DNA of 64,000 nt from Clostridia bacterium. Its GTDB lineage: Bacteria; Bacillota; Clostridia; Oscillospirales; RGIG5299. The notes under the pieces are model-generated. The model did no database searches and was not told the origin of the DNA. It saw nothing but the letters and a program-made list of their open reading frames with translations. Below are positions 1 through 9,123 of this stretch, piece after piece (position 1 is the first letter of the stretch; every line of letters starts with the position of its first letter). A program made the translations under genes and the position numbers. The stretch covers positions 6,373 through 70,372 of the forward strand of contig JAFVQJ010000014.1 of NCBI GenBank assembly GCA_017504945.1. Reading direction: 5' to 3'.

Positions 1-185
1 AGTATCACGCCAGTTCTATTCGCCTGCGGCGAGTTCTATTGCTGCGCAGTGATATTCGGCTCGCGCCGAGTGGTATTCGCTTCGCGAGTTTGAAGGCGAA
101 TAGAATATCACTGAAGCCGCAAGGCTTCAATATCACTATTGCGATAGCAATAATATCACTCTTTGCGAGAGCAAAGAATATCACT
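1..185. repeat. Linker/hairpin array 1 (truncated by window start)
   Basis: ATATCACT occurs at 105-112, 130-137, 153-160 and 178-185 (+). Its reverse-complement form occurs as AGTGATAT 48-55, AGTGGTAT 69-76 and degenerate AGTTCTAT 12-19 and 32-39. Between linkers are short hairpins with unrelated stems: 112-129 (7 bp, loop GCAA), 137-152 (6 bp, GATA), 160-177 (7 bp, GAGA), 56-69 (5 bp, TCGC), 77-87 and 20-32. A central palindrome lies at 75-101. Confidence 0.8.
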
Positions 186-242
186 AAAAAACAGAGAAGA
201 GAGAGTTTCACGGAATTTTGTAACCGTGTTACTCTCTCTTCT
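186..242 (-). terminator. Intrinsic terminator of the minus-strand isomerase/URO-D operon
   Basis: A 12-bp stem (195-206 with 231-242) encloses an inner 5-bp stem (209-213 with 224-228). On the minus strand it is followed by T6 (A-run 186-191 on plus). Confidence 0.7.
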
Positions 243-350
243 ACTTTTATTGCCAGTTTCTCATTTGTATAACAAACGCATCGGGCTATGCCCATACCCT
301 TATTTTATTTCTCCGATAAGGACATCACCCAATAGGCAGAGCCGTTTTTA

Positions 351-1199
351 TCATTTTGAGGTAATTTGGTGAGCAATATCGACCATGCTTTTCAAATACG
401 CCTTGAATATCGGCAAAGGCGCGTTTCGCGGCGGCGCCGCCTCGTAGTTAAACGGGCAGGATAATTCAAGCTCCGAATAGACCTTGCCGAGAGATATCCA
501 GTCAAGCCTTCCGAAGCAGGGCATAAGGTGGTTATCGCCGTGTCCGTCGTTATCGTGAAGATGAAGCGCGCGAATAAGAGCGCCGTGCTTTTTCATCTCA
601 TTTGCGACCGTAAGCTCGGGAAAGACGTTTGCGTGGCCCGCATCGAAGCACATTTTGCAAAAATCGCTGTTTATTTCGCGAATAAGCTCACACACCTTGT
701 CGGGCTTGGCAAGCGAAAAGGAGGGAAAGGGCAGATTTTCAAGGCAAAGCGTTACTCCCTCTTGCTCGGCGGCGATTGCAAGCTCACGCATAAAAACGGT
801 ATTCAATGCTTTTGTTTCAGCTTCCTTGTGCTTTTCAATATCGTCTGTACCGAAGGGCATTATTGGGTGAATTACCATGCATTTTGCTCCGAGCACCCTT
901 GTTCCCTTCAGGGCAAGCTTCATTTTTTCCATGCGCTCGGCGCGCGCCTCCTCGGTGGAGTCGTCGATGGGAATACGCCACGGACCGTGCGTTTGATATA
1001 TCTCAACACCGTGCCTCTTTGCTATCTCGTGCTCAAGCGAAAGCCTTTTTAAAAAATCCTCCTCACAGAGAGAGTAAAGCTCGTCGTTGGTATTGGAAAT
1101 GGTGAAATCGAATGCCGAAATGCCGCATTCCTCAAGTGCTTTATATTTATCCTCTCCCTCAAGGCAGGTAATTCCCCTTGAAACGACAGATACCTTCAT
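351..1199 (-). CDS. Sugar phosphate isomerase/epimerase (xylose isomerase-like TIM barrel)
   Basis: ORF 351..1235 trimmed to ATG 1199 (MKVSVV), which has a purine-rich RBS. HGPW, MVIHP, LCLENL, DAGHAN and HLHDNDG motifs are typical of the AP endonuclease 2/xylose isomerase-like family. Confidence 0.75.
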   Translation of the reverse strand: MKVSVVSRGITCLEGEDKYKALEECGISAFDFTISNTNDELYSLCEEDFLKRLSLEHEIAKRHGVEIYQTHGPWRIPIDDSTEEARAERMEKMKLALKGTRVLGAKCMVIHPIMPFGTDDIEKHKEAETKALNTVFMRELAIAAEQEGVTLCLENLPFPSFSLAKPDKVCELIREINSDFCKMCFDAGHANVFPELTVANEMKKHGALIRALHLHDNDGHGDNHLMPCFGRLDWISLGKVYSELELSCPFNYEAAPPRNAPLPIFKAYLKSMVDIAHQITSK

Positions 1200-1241
1200 A
1201 ACAATCTCTTTTCCTTTCGGTATAGCTTGGCGCACGTCGCC

Positions 1242-2246
1242 TCAGCGCTTGTAAAAATCCTTTGATGCCTTGAAGAAGGCGTCGATATTCTCCCACGGAG
1301 AAGAGGGCGGGATATCACAGCCCGAGGAGAGCAGAAAATTGGGGTAGCGGCTGCATTTTTCCAAAAGCTCCGTTACCGCCTGCGCCATCGAGTCGGGCGT
1401 ACCGCCCGCAAACTGTGCCGCAGGGCTTACGTTTCCCATAATTACCGTGTCGGCAGGCATATTTTTGACCATATACTCCATATCGAGCGCGTCGCCGAAA
1501 TGGTAAGCGGTGGCGCCGAGAAGTGAGAGCGACTCGGTCATATACTGTGCCGAGGCGCCGCAGTTGTGGTAAATAACGGCAAAGCTGTCGCTCCTTACGG
1601 CGTCGATTATCTCTTTGACGTAGGGGTGAGAAAATTCGTCGGCAAGGGAGGGCGACAAAATGCCGGTAAGAGGCTCCGCCATAACTATGCCGTCGGCACC
1701 CGATGCCTTGAACGCTTTTGCATAGCTTATTAAAAATTCGGTTGCCTTTTTCAATACAACTTCAACCTTTTTTGGCTCGTCGAAGCAGTCGAACATAACG
1801 TTGTCAACGCCGATGATCCTGCCCGCAAGCGAAAAGGGACCGATAATTCCCGCAAAAACGGGGCGGTCTGTAATGAGCTTTTTTGCTTTTGCGATCGCGT
1901 CGACATAAATTCCCGTGCGCGCCGCACCTACGGCGGGGACAGAAAGCTCGTTTGCCTCCTTTTCGGAGGCTACGCATCCGCTTATAACTGTGGGGACTTC
2001 GCCGTCGATTATCCTTATCTCACAGCCAAACGCCTCTGCCTCGACCGAGAGGTCCATCATTGAAACGGCGGCAAGGGCGTCGGTGCGGTCTGCCACCGCC
2101 TTCATACCCGCTGCCTGAAGCTCGGCGCTCTTCGTTATCTCGGTAACGGCAGAGCCGATGAGCGAAACCGAAGGAAAGGAGAGTATCGGCATCGGCTTTT
2201 TTTCCTTTTGAGAAAAAGTGCTTTTGAAAAAATCGGTTATATTCAT
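1242..2246 (-). CDS. Uroporphyrinogen decarboxylase (URO-D) family protein, MtaA/CmuA-like
   Basis: 334-aa ORF. Length and motifs (GADGIVMAEP, YHNCG, SSGCDIPP) resemble URO-D-fold methyltransferases by eye. Confidence 0.6.
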   Translation of the reverse strand: MNITDFFKSTFSQKEKKPMPILSFPSVSLIGSAVTEITKSAELQAAGMKAVADRTDALAAVSMMDLSVEAEAFGCEIRIIDGEVPTVISGCVASEKEANELSVPAVGAARTGIYVDAIAKAKKLITDRPVFAGIIGPFSLAGRIIGVDNVMFDCFDEPKKVEVVLKKATEFLISYAKAFKASGADGIVMAEPLTGILSPSLADEFSHPYVKEIIDAVRSDSFAVIYHNCGASAQYMTESLSLLGATAYHFGDALDMEYMVKNMPADTVIMGNVSPAAQFAGGTPDSMAQAVTELLEKCSRYPNFLLSSGCDIPPSSPWENIDAFFKASKDFYKR

Positions 2247-2282
2247 AATGTAGATTCCCTGTCTTTGCTTGATAGATTTAGG

Positions 2283-2870
2283 TTATTTCGCATATCTCAT
2301 CTCGACGGTATTATATCCGTCACCGTCAATGCCGCCGAAAAAATAGTGAAGCTCGAAGCTGTCCGCGTACCATACGAAGTAAAATTTGCCGTCTGTAAAA
2401 GGAAGGTAGCCGTCGTCGGTACCGTATCCTCCGACTCTTTGCATAGTACAGAAGGAGGTCTTTTCATAAATATCGCCGCCGCCGTAAAGCAAAAGCGACT
2501 TTTCGTGCACGACTATTTCGTGCTTGCCGTCATCTGAACGGAAATTATAATATCTGCCGCTTGGAGAAAAAAGAATGACTGCAAACAAAACCAACGAAAT
2601 GCAGATGAAAGCTGACACCGAAAGAAAAACGGACAAGCCCTTCAGAATCTTATTTTTCGCGCGCTTGAAAAACCAAACGGCGAAAGCGGCTAAAACAAGT
2701 GCCACGAAGGGAAATGTAATTATCCACAGTATTTCTTTGGTAGATATGCCGAATAAATACAAATAAACGTTGTAATGCTTTAATACGGAAAGCAAAATAA
2801 ACAGTCCTGCCAAAGCGCTTGCGATAATAAAAGATATTTTGGAAAATTTCGGAAGACTATTATTTTTCAT
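2283..2870 (-). CDS. Membrane protein, unknown function
   Basis: ATG 2870 lies 6 nt after a GGAGG RBS. Several hydrophobic helices are N-terminal and the C-terminal domain looks soluble. Confidence 0.6.
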   Translation of the reverse strand: MKNNSLPKFSKISFIIASALAGLFILLSVLKHYNVYLYLFGISTKEILWIITFPFVALVLAAFAVWFFKRAKNKILKGLSVFLSVSAFICISLVLFAVILFSPSGRYYNFRSDDGKHEIVVHEKSLLLYGGGDIYEKTSFCTMQRVGGYGTDDGYLPFTDGKFYFVWYADSFELHYFFGGIDGDGYNTVEMRYAK

Positions 2871-2895
2871 TTTAATTCCTCCTGGTAAAATATTC

Positions 2896-2940
2896 AAAAC
2901 CCCTTCACGTATACATTATATCATAACGTGAAGGGGTTTT
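2896..2940 (-). terminator. Hairpin terminator after the 585-aa lipoprotein gene
   Basis: 15-bp perfect stem AAAACCCCTTCACGT/ACGTGAAGGGGTTTT with a T-rich tail on the minus strand. Confidence 0.6.
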
Positions 2941-2980
2941 CTATAATATTGTTACAATTTTTTGTAAAATCGTACCGAGT

Positions 2981-4738
2981 TTACGCCATGGGCAAGCCTG
3001 TCTTTGCGTTCATTATGCTGTCAAAGACAAGAGTGCTGTTGGGGAAAGCGTTTCTTATCTCGGTGGAGGAGTTGAAGCTGTAGAAGGTGTCGCCTATGAA
3101 GGAAATGTTGGTGCACAGATCTCCCGACGCCTCAACACAGCTGCCGCCGCCGAAATCACTCGAGCCCATCTGCTTATGGTTATTAAAGAGGAATGAAACG
3201 TTGTTTGCCTCGGTAAGAAGTATCTCGTAGAACTTATTTCCGACAAACTGATTTCCGACAAATGATATGCCGTTTCCTGCCGTCGCCGCATTTGCGTGAG
3301 ATCTTATTACCTTAACGCCGACGGGGTGATTGGTAATGGTGCAGTAGGAAACCGTTCCCTTGTAGCTGTCTATAAAGCACATACCCGTGCGCTGATACGC
3401 CTCGGAAACGCCGATAGAGATGTCGTGCGTATAGGACAAACCGGAGTTTGAAGCACACCAGAGGTCTTTAAGGTTAAAGTCGTAGCAGCCCTCCATATAG
3501 ATAGAGTAGTAGTTATGGCCGTAAAGAAGGTTACCACTCGTATCTACGGCATCGTAGCCGAGGTCGCAGCCGAGGGCGTTCATGGTGATGCCATGGCAGT
3601 TGTTGAAGGTGTAGTCGGTTCCGGATCCCCAAACGGACGAGCTGTTTGTAAAGGAAAGATTGCTGCTTCCGTTTGCAACCAAGAAGCTCTTGTTTCCGTT
3701 GCAAAGGCTTGAATTAAAGGTCATATTGTTGCAATTTACAAGGTTTACAAGAACGTAACAAGCGGTTGAAAAGAAATATTCAAAGCTTGAATTGCTGCAG
3801 TTTGTAAGAGCAAAACCGGTTGCAAGACCGTGGAAGGCAACAGCCGAGACCTTTACGGAGCCGTTTGTGAGAGAAACGAAGGTAGCAGTTTTGAAATGAG
3901 CTATCTGTACAACGTTCATATCGTAAATGCCGAAGGTCGTGCCGTTCCCGTTTATGTAGGTGGTTGCATCTCCGCCTAAAACGAATTCGGTGCGGTTTCT
4001 GCCGCTTCCGATAATATCAACGGGATGAGAGGAGGGGAGCGAGAGAACGGCGTTTACAAAATACTGACCTGCGCCGAAATATATTTTTGTTGCAAAGTTC
4101 ATTGCGGTCTGGATAGCCGCGCTGTCGTCGCTTGCAACACTCAAGCCGTCGTTTGCAACTGCGCCGAACCACTCGGGTCTTACTGCGAAGGAAAGCGCCG
4201 CTTCGGGATCATCGGGATCGGCGATAACGGAAAGGTTGCCAACCGCGCCCGAAAAGATGCGCTTGTTGCCCGCAATTATCTGCGAGCCGTTTTCAAAATA
4301 GAGGTAGGCGGAGTTGCCTAAAATTATTTTGCCGTTTCCTCTGAAGCAGAGGGAAACGTTTGAAGGAATAACAATACTTTCCTCTATCTTGAGCTCGGAG
4401 GAGATAACGAAGCTGCCCTTTTCGTAAACTGCCGCAAGAGCAATACCTTCTCTTAAGAGGATACTGTCGTCGGTAACGCCGTTTCCGCTCGTGTAAAGCA
4501 TTTCATCGGTAATTACCGTAACGCCTGCGGGGATCTTCGTTAAAATTTCGGAGGGAGCCGCCGTAAGCACGGGCATAGATGCGGCGATGCTGTTATAGAG
4601 CTTTATGCCCTCACTGTCGCCCTTTAAAAGCTCGATGCCGTTAACGGAGCTTGTCTGCGGTGCGCCGCAGCCTGCAAATAAGCCGAGGACGAGAACAACA
4701 GAAATTATTAAAGAAATTGCTTTTAAAATCTTTTTCAT
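2981..4738 (-). CDS. Lipoprotein with right-handed parallel beta-helix (pectate-lyase superfamily) domain
   Basis: Signal peptide with lipobox LFAGC. The RPEWFGAVANDG..DDSAAIQTA motif and repetitive N/G/S-rich beta-helix-like sequence support the domain call. Paralog of the next gene. Confidence 0.7.
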   Translation of the reverse strand: MKKILKAISLIISVVLVLGLFAGCGAPQTSSVNGIELLKGDSEGIKLYNSIAASMPVLTAAPSEILTKIPAGVTVITDEMLYTSGNGVTDDSILLREGIALAAVYEKGSFVISSELKIEESIVIPSNVSLCFRGNGKIILGNSAYLYFENGSQIIAGNKRIFSGAVGNLSVIADPDDPEAALSFAVRPEWFGAVANDGLSVASDDSAAIQTAMNFATKIYFGAGQYFVNAVLSLPSSHPVDIIGSGRNRTEFVLGGDATTYINGNGTTFGIYDMNVVQIAHFKTATFVSLTNGSVKVSAVAFHGLATGFALTNCSNSSFEYFFSTACYVLVNLVNCNNMTFNSSLCNGNKSFLVANGSSNLSFTNSSSVWGSGTDYTFNNCHGITMNALGCDLGYDAVDTSGNLLYGHNYYSIYMEGCYDFNLKDLWCASNSGLSYTHDISIGVSEAYQRTGMCFIDSYKGTVSYCTITNHPVGVKVIRSHANAATAGNGISFVGNQFVGNKFYEILLTEANNVSFLFNNHKQMGSSDFGGGSCVEASGDLCTNISFIGDTFYSFNSSTEIRNAFPNSTLVFDSIMNAKTGLPMA

Positions 4739-4752
4739 CGTATTTGCCCTCC

Positions 4753-7700
4753 TTATTCGTTGGTACCGTAGACGTTATTGCCTATCAGGCCGCTCGGATT
4801 TCCGAGATGAGCGTAAAGAGAATTGTCGGTTCCTGCGCCGTTAAAGCGGTTCTGGCAGATCATGATTCCGCTCGAGTTGCCGCCGTTCATACCGTAGCCG
4901 CAGCCCTGGAATACATTGCCTATGAATTTCGCATCGTTAAGGTCGATAAAGTCGATACCTGCGAAGCTGCAACCCTTTATGAGATTGGCGTGAACGAAGG
5001 TCGCCGATCTTGCGGCCAGACCGTTTCTGCTGAGACCTATGCCGGTGGGGAAGCCGATTATCTGGTTGTTGCTTACCGTTTCTCTGCCGGTCGAGCGCTG
5101 AAGATTTATACCGTAGACCGTTTTTGCGGTAGAGGTGCCGGTGTAGGTGATAATGTTGCTATCGATTCTTGAGTCGTAGCAGTCTATGAAATAGATGCCG
5201 CAGCCCGTTCCGACCGAGTTGAAGTTGCAGTTTGTAACGAAGGTGGTCTGGTTTTTGGTAACGAAAACACTTGCATAGGTCATTCTCAGAGTGGTACAGT
5301 TATCTATCTGAATACCGTTTGCAACGCCGTTTGTCTCAAGCTGATCGCAATGGACGAAGGTCGCAGAGTCTGCCGCATTGCAGTTTCTTATAAAGATGAA
5401 CATTGAATATGCGCCTACGTCGATACATCTGTTTACGTTGTTGAATTCGAGGTTATCGAAGCAGCAACCGCCCGCGTAGTCGAAGAAGATAGCGGTGTTA
5501 AGGTTGCTGAAGCTGCAGTTGAATACGTCAACGCGGCTTACGCCGTTGTGTATTCCGTTGTAAACGATGGCGTTGCAGGCACCGCCCGTAATGCCCTCGA
5601 AGCTTATGTTGTCGAAGCGAGCAAAGTAGGATGAGCCGGATCTGTCACCGCCGATAACGGTGGGATCGGTGCAGGTAACTATTTTGAATGCCGTTGTGTT
5701 TACACCTATTTTTATCACTGAAGTCTTATCCTCGGAATGACCGAAAACGGAAAGGTGATTGGAAACGGTTATATCGGAATTTACGTTGTAAACGCCCTCG
5801 GAAAGCAAAACGGGAATTCCGAAATAGGTTGCGGTCTTAATAGCGCTTGCGTCGCAAACGTTATCGTTTACCTTCGCGCCGAACCACTCGGGTCTTATAA
5901 AGGCAAGGTTTGCAAAATTGGTGGTGTTTGCGGTAACGTTTAAGTAAAGGACCTGATTGGTGCCCTGCGTTATAATATCCTTACAGTTGAATACGGGGGT
6001 GGTGCCGTAGAGACAGTAGAGCGACGAGGCCTCGTCAAACATAAGAGTTACGTTTGCGGGGAAGGTGACAGCTCCGTTAAGTCCGTAATAGCCACCCTTG
6101 AAATAGAAGATGTAGTCCTTGCTTGAATCGAGAGAGTTTATAAAGGAATTGAGATTCGTTACGTTGGAGGCTGCGTAGCTTCCTGCCGCTGCAGCCGAAT
6201 CGGCGGGAGTGAGCACCGTTGACATATCAATATAGTCGCTCGATGCCGTTTCACTCATAGTGGGAAGTGAAATTACGTCTGCGGGAGTGGCTGAAGAAAG
6301 ACGCTGAACATAGTTTACGCTTCTGTTTAAGGTGTTGGTGTAAATTATCTCGTCGTCCTCGTCAGAGTCGGTCTCACCCTCGTAGATGATATAGCCTACC
6401 GCGGTAAAGTTTCTCGAAAGCTTATCGCTCGGAATATCGGTAAGAACCGCGGTAAACTGGAGGAAGGCGGGATCGTTGACGTAATATTTTTCAGCAACGA
6501 TGCGAAGATAAGATCTTCCGTTTATCTTTCCGCTCTCGGTTATTTTAAGGCCGGAGGTGTCGGGAAGAAGATCGGTAGGCATTATAAGAGCGCCCGCCTC
6601 TTTAATGGTGTTGTATTTTTCATTTTTGATAAGGTTTACGAGGAAGCGAAGCCCCTGCTTTTGCTCTGCGGAGTGTGAACGGAACTGTGCGCCCACGATA
6701 AAGCCTGCGCGCTCGGCGGTATCCTTCTCTGCGGAGAATGCGGCGGCGTCAAAGCCGTTTATCTTTGAAACGGTTGCCTTCGAGCCTGCGGCAACGGTGC
6801 TCATACCCGCAAAGGTGAGGTATGCCTTACCGTTTTCGTCAACGACGGCGGAAAGGTCGAATTCCGCTACGGCTCCGTTATGTGAATAGGAGAGAGCAAC
6901 GTTGTTGAGCTTAACGGTGTATTTGCCGTTTTCGTTCTTTGTGAATTTTAACTCGCAGGTTGAGTTTTCAAGAACCTTATTTTCAAACAAAAGCTCGGAG
7001 ATGCAAGCGGAAACAACGTCGAGATAAGGGTTGTTTCCTCTGAAGGTAATTGCAAGGGTGGAGTTCTTATCTGAGTTGGGACCGTGGTTTCCGCCGATAA
7101 CGGAGGCGGTAAATGCGGTGGGCTTGGTATTCGAAAGGAAAATTCCGAAATAGCTTGCGTTGGCAACCGATGCCTTTGATGCTCTGAAGCTCAGCGTAAG
7201 ACCGTCAACGGTTACCTTGTCGGAAAGTGAGGTGCCCGCCATGGGAGTGGTGCCCTTGGAGAAATCAAACGATATCTCCTTGCCGTTGTTGGTAACGATA
7301 CCCTGATTGTCGGCATTTGAGGGAGTAAGAGAATCCACATCGATGGTCTTTACAAAGCCGTCAAAGGTTGAGAAGGGAACGCCGTTTACCTTCTTAACGG
7401 TCATATCGTAGGTTCTGTCGTTTCCGTAGGAGTCGGATGCAAAGGAGAGATAGCTGCTGCCGCTTGAGAAAATTGCGGCTGCGCCGCTCATGGTGTTGAG
7501 AAGAGTCTTGGAGCCGCCCGCCTTGGTATAGTAGACCGAAACGTCGCTTCCCGAGATCTCAAAAGAGAAGGTGACCTCGTCGGCGGGAGAGAAGGTAACA
7601 CCTGAAACGTAGGTGTTGTTAGAGGTCGAAACGCCGTTTGCGGAGGTGTAAACGACTATTTTACCGGCATCTGCGCCGGTTTTGCACATAAAGAATTTAA

Positions 7701-8190
7701 TAGAAATACCGCTGTCGTAAAAAACCTTCGAGGCGTAGCCGTGACCGGAAAGGACCGACTTATCATCCGAAAGGTTTATGCTGTGGCCGTAAACGGGAGC
7801 GGCACCGTAACCTGTGTTTGCACAGCTCTCGTTAAGCTCGCCTATGGCCGTCGTGGTGTCCAATACCATATCACCGATAAGAACGGTGGCAGTTATCGGA
7901 TTTGCTGCGGTAAACGGTATCTTTTTAGTGGTGGAAACAGCCATACCGGAATATACGTCGGAGCGGACAAGTAAGCTGCCGTCCGCAGCGATACCGTAAT
8001 CGGTCTGCACGAAAGGTCTGCCCGAAAGACTCTGCTGTGCGCAGATTCCCTTAACGTCGGACATGGGCTGAAACTCCCAACCTGCAGGCAGCTCGTTTGC
8101 CGCAGAAACGGGAGCCGTAACTACTGCGTAGGCAGAAAAAAGAAGCGCCGCCGCAATCGCCACGGAAAGAATTTTTCTGAAAGATCTCAT
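4753..8190 (-). CDS. Large secreted beta-helix protein (pectate-lyase superfamily C-terminal half, lectin-like N-terminal modules)
   Basis: 1145 aa with a signal peptide ending VSA-ANELPAGW. RPEWFGAKVNDN..DASAIKTA motif. GGAGGAG RBS and a consensus promoter lie upstream. Confidence 0.7.
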   Translation of the reverse strand: MRSFRKILSVAIAAALLFSAYAVVTAPVSAANELPAGWEFQPMSDVKGICAQQSLSGRPFVQTDYGIAADGSLLVRSDVYSGMAVSTTKKIPFTAANPITATVLIGDMVLDTTTAIGELNESCANTGYGAAPVYGHSINLSDDKSVLSGHGYASKVFYDSGISIKFFMCKTGADAGKIVVYTSANGVSTSNNTYVSGVTFSPADEVTFSFEISGSDVSVYYTKAGGSKTLLNTMSGAAAIFSSGSSYLSFASDSYGNDRTYDMTVKKVNGVPFSTFDGFVKTIDVDSLTPSNADNQGIVTNNGKEISFDFSKGTTPMAGTSLSDKVTVDGLTLSFRASKASVANASYFGIFLSNTKPTAFTASVIGGNHGPNSDKNSTLAITFRGNNPYLDVVSACISELLFENKVLENSTCELKFTKNENGKYTVKLNNVALSYSHNGAVAEFDLSAVVDENGKAYLTFAGMSTVAAGSKATVSKINGFDAAAFSAEKDTAERAGFIVGAQFRSHSAEQKQGLRFLVNLIKNEKYNTIKEAGALIMPTDLLPDTSGLKITESGKINGRSYLRIVAEKYYVNDPAFLQFTAVLTDIPSDKLSRNFTAVGYIIYEGETDSDEDDEIIYTNTLNRSVNYVQRLSSATPADVISLPTMSETASSDYIDMSTVLTPADSAAAAGSYAASNVTNLNSFINSLDSSKDYIFYFKGGYYGLNGAVTFPANVTLMFDEASSLYCLYGTTPVFNCKDIITQGTNQVLYLNVTANTTNFANLAFIRPEWFGAKVNDNVCDASAIKTATYFGIPVLLSEGVYNVNSDITVSNHLSVFGHSEDKTSVIKIGVNTTAFKIVTCTDPTVIGGDRSGSSYFARFDNISFEGITGGACNAIVYNGIHNGVSRVDVFNCSFSNLNTAIFFDYAGGCCFDNLEFNNVNRCIDVGAYSMFIFIRNCNAADSATFVHCDQLETNGVANGIQIDNCTTLRMTYASVFVTKNQTTFVTNCNFNSVGTGCGIYFIDCYDSRIDSNIITYTGTSTAKTVYGINLQRSTGRETVSNNQIIGFPTGIGLSRNGLAARSATFVHANLIKGCSFAGIDFIDLNDAKFIGNVFQGCGYGMNGGNSSGIMICQNRFNGAGTDNSLYAHLGNPSGLIGNNVYGTNE

Positions 8191-8225
8191 AAGCTCTCCT
8201 CCGAAAAAAATAAATAATTATAATT

Positions 8226-8254
8226 ATTATATAACATTAAAGTATCTTTGTCAA
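8226..8254 (-). promoter_or_regulatory. Sigma-A type promoter for the 1145-aa gene
   Basis: On the minus strand: TTGACA (8254-8249), 17 nt, TATAAT (8231-8226). Confidence 0.55.
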
Positions 8255-8282
8255 ACAAATTCGTCCCATTTGGCGCTTTTGC

Positions 8283-8316
8283 AAAAAAATAAGCGGCCTT
8301 GCAAAAGCAAAGCCGC
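8283..8316 (-). terminator. Intrinsic terminator of the perR-rbr operon
   Basis: Stem GCGGCCTTGC/GCAAAGCCGC (one mismatch), loop AAAA, then T7 on the minus strand. Confidence 0.65.
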
Positions 8317-8331
8317 AAAAAAGCGCTTATT

Positions 8332-8526
8332 TTATCTCATCATTTCCTCTGAAATGATGTCGAGAACCTTATGGTAGCATCCGCCGCAACCGGTGGAGCA
8401 CTTGGTGGTCTTCTGAACGTCGTCAAAGGCGTTTAATACGTCGTCAAATTTATCGTGTGCGTGAAGAGCCTTAACGATATCGTTGTAGCTTACCTTCATA
8501 CAGTTGCAAACGGTGTAGTTTTCCAT
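8332..8526 (-). CDS. BFD-like [2Fe-2S]-binding domain protein
   Basis: 64 aa with a Cys pattern C-x-C ... C-x3-C-x2-C (CNC ... CSTGCGGC) typical of BFD-like domains. Confidence 0.7.
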   Translation of the reverse strand: MENYTVCNCMKVSYNDIVKALHAHDKFDDVLNAFDDVQKTTKCSTGCGGCYHKVLDIISEEMMR

Positions 8527-8566
8527 TTTTATTCTCCTAAAAAATTGATTTAATTTTATTGTGTAA

Positions 8567-9085
8567 TTAATTCTTGCGATAGCGAATTAATTTGGCAGGA
8601 TTTCCGCCAACGATGCTGTAGGGCTCTACGTCCTTTGTTACTACCGAACCTGCCGCCAGAACACTTCCGTCTCCTATATTACAACAACCGGGTGTAATAA
8701 TTACACTCTCTCCTATCCATACATCGTTACCTATGGTAAGAGGAGAAGGGTCTGTTGATCCTTGCAGGCGCATTGGAATATCGGTTCTGTCTATTTTGTG
8801 ATTGACGGTAAATATTTTAAGGTTTTTGGCAATCATTACGTCGTTTCCAATGATAACTCCTTGTGAAATAACGGCGAAATCGCCAACTCCGGAGTTATCA
8901 CCAATTCGCAAATCAGACGCAACAGTTACTCTCTTTCCCCAATTTACACCCTTGCCGACATGGGAAAAAGCGCGCTTTGCAAAAAAGTTTTTTATTGCAT
9001 TTCCCCATTTACAAAGGTTATAGGGGGGTAGTATACGATCCGCAAAGATAAATGCGATCTTGTATAATTTTCTTAAAACTCCCAT
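8567..9085 (-). CDS. Hexapeptide-repeat acyltransferase (LacA/NodL-like O-acetyltransferase)
   Basis: Left-handed beta-helix hexapeptide repeats (IGDNSGVG, IGNDVMI, IGNDVWIG, IGDGSVLAAGSVV) and a GGNPAK tail. Confidence 0.7.
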   Translation of the reverse strand: MGVLRKLYKIAFIFADRILPPYNLCKWGNAIKNFFAKRAFSHVGKGVNWGKRVTVASDLRIGDNSGVGDFAVISQGVIIGNDVMIAKNLKIFTVNHKIDRTDIPMRLQGSTDPSPLTIGNDVWIGESVIITPGCCNIGDGSVLAAGSVVTKDVEPYSIVGGNPAKLIRYRKN

Positions 9086-9123
9086 AATTGCCTCGAACAG
9101 CGAATTCGCTTCTCCTAAAACAA

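Noticed and set aside
5-372. ORFs 5..295, 39..272 and 163..372 across array 1.
   Set aside because: The repeat period of 23-25 nt is not a multiple of 3, the translations are low complexity, and the region is downstream of a terminator.
2981-8190. Prophage tailspike interpretation of the beta-helix proteins.
   Set aside because: There are no capsid, terminase, integrase or other phage genes nearby. Both proteins have Sec or lipoprotein signal peptides and a housekeeping-type promoter.
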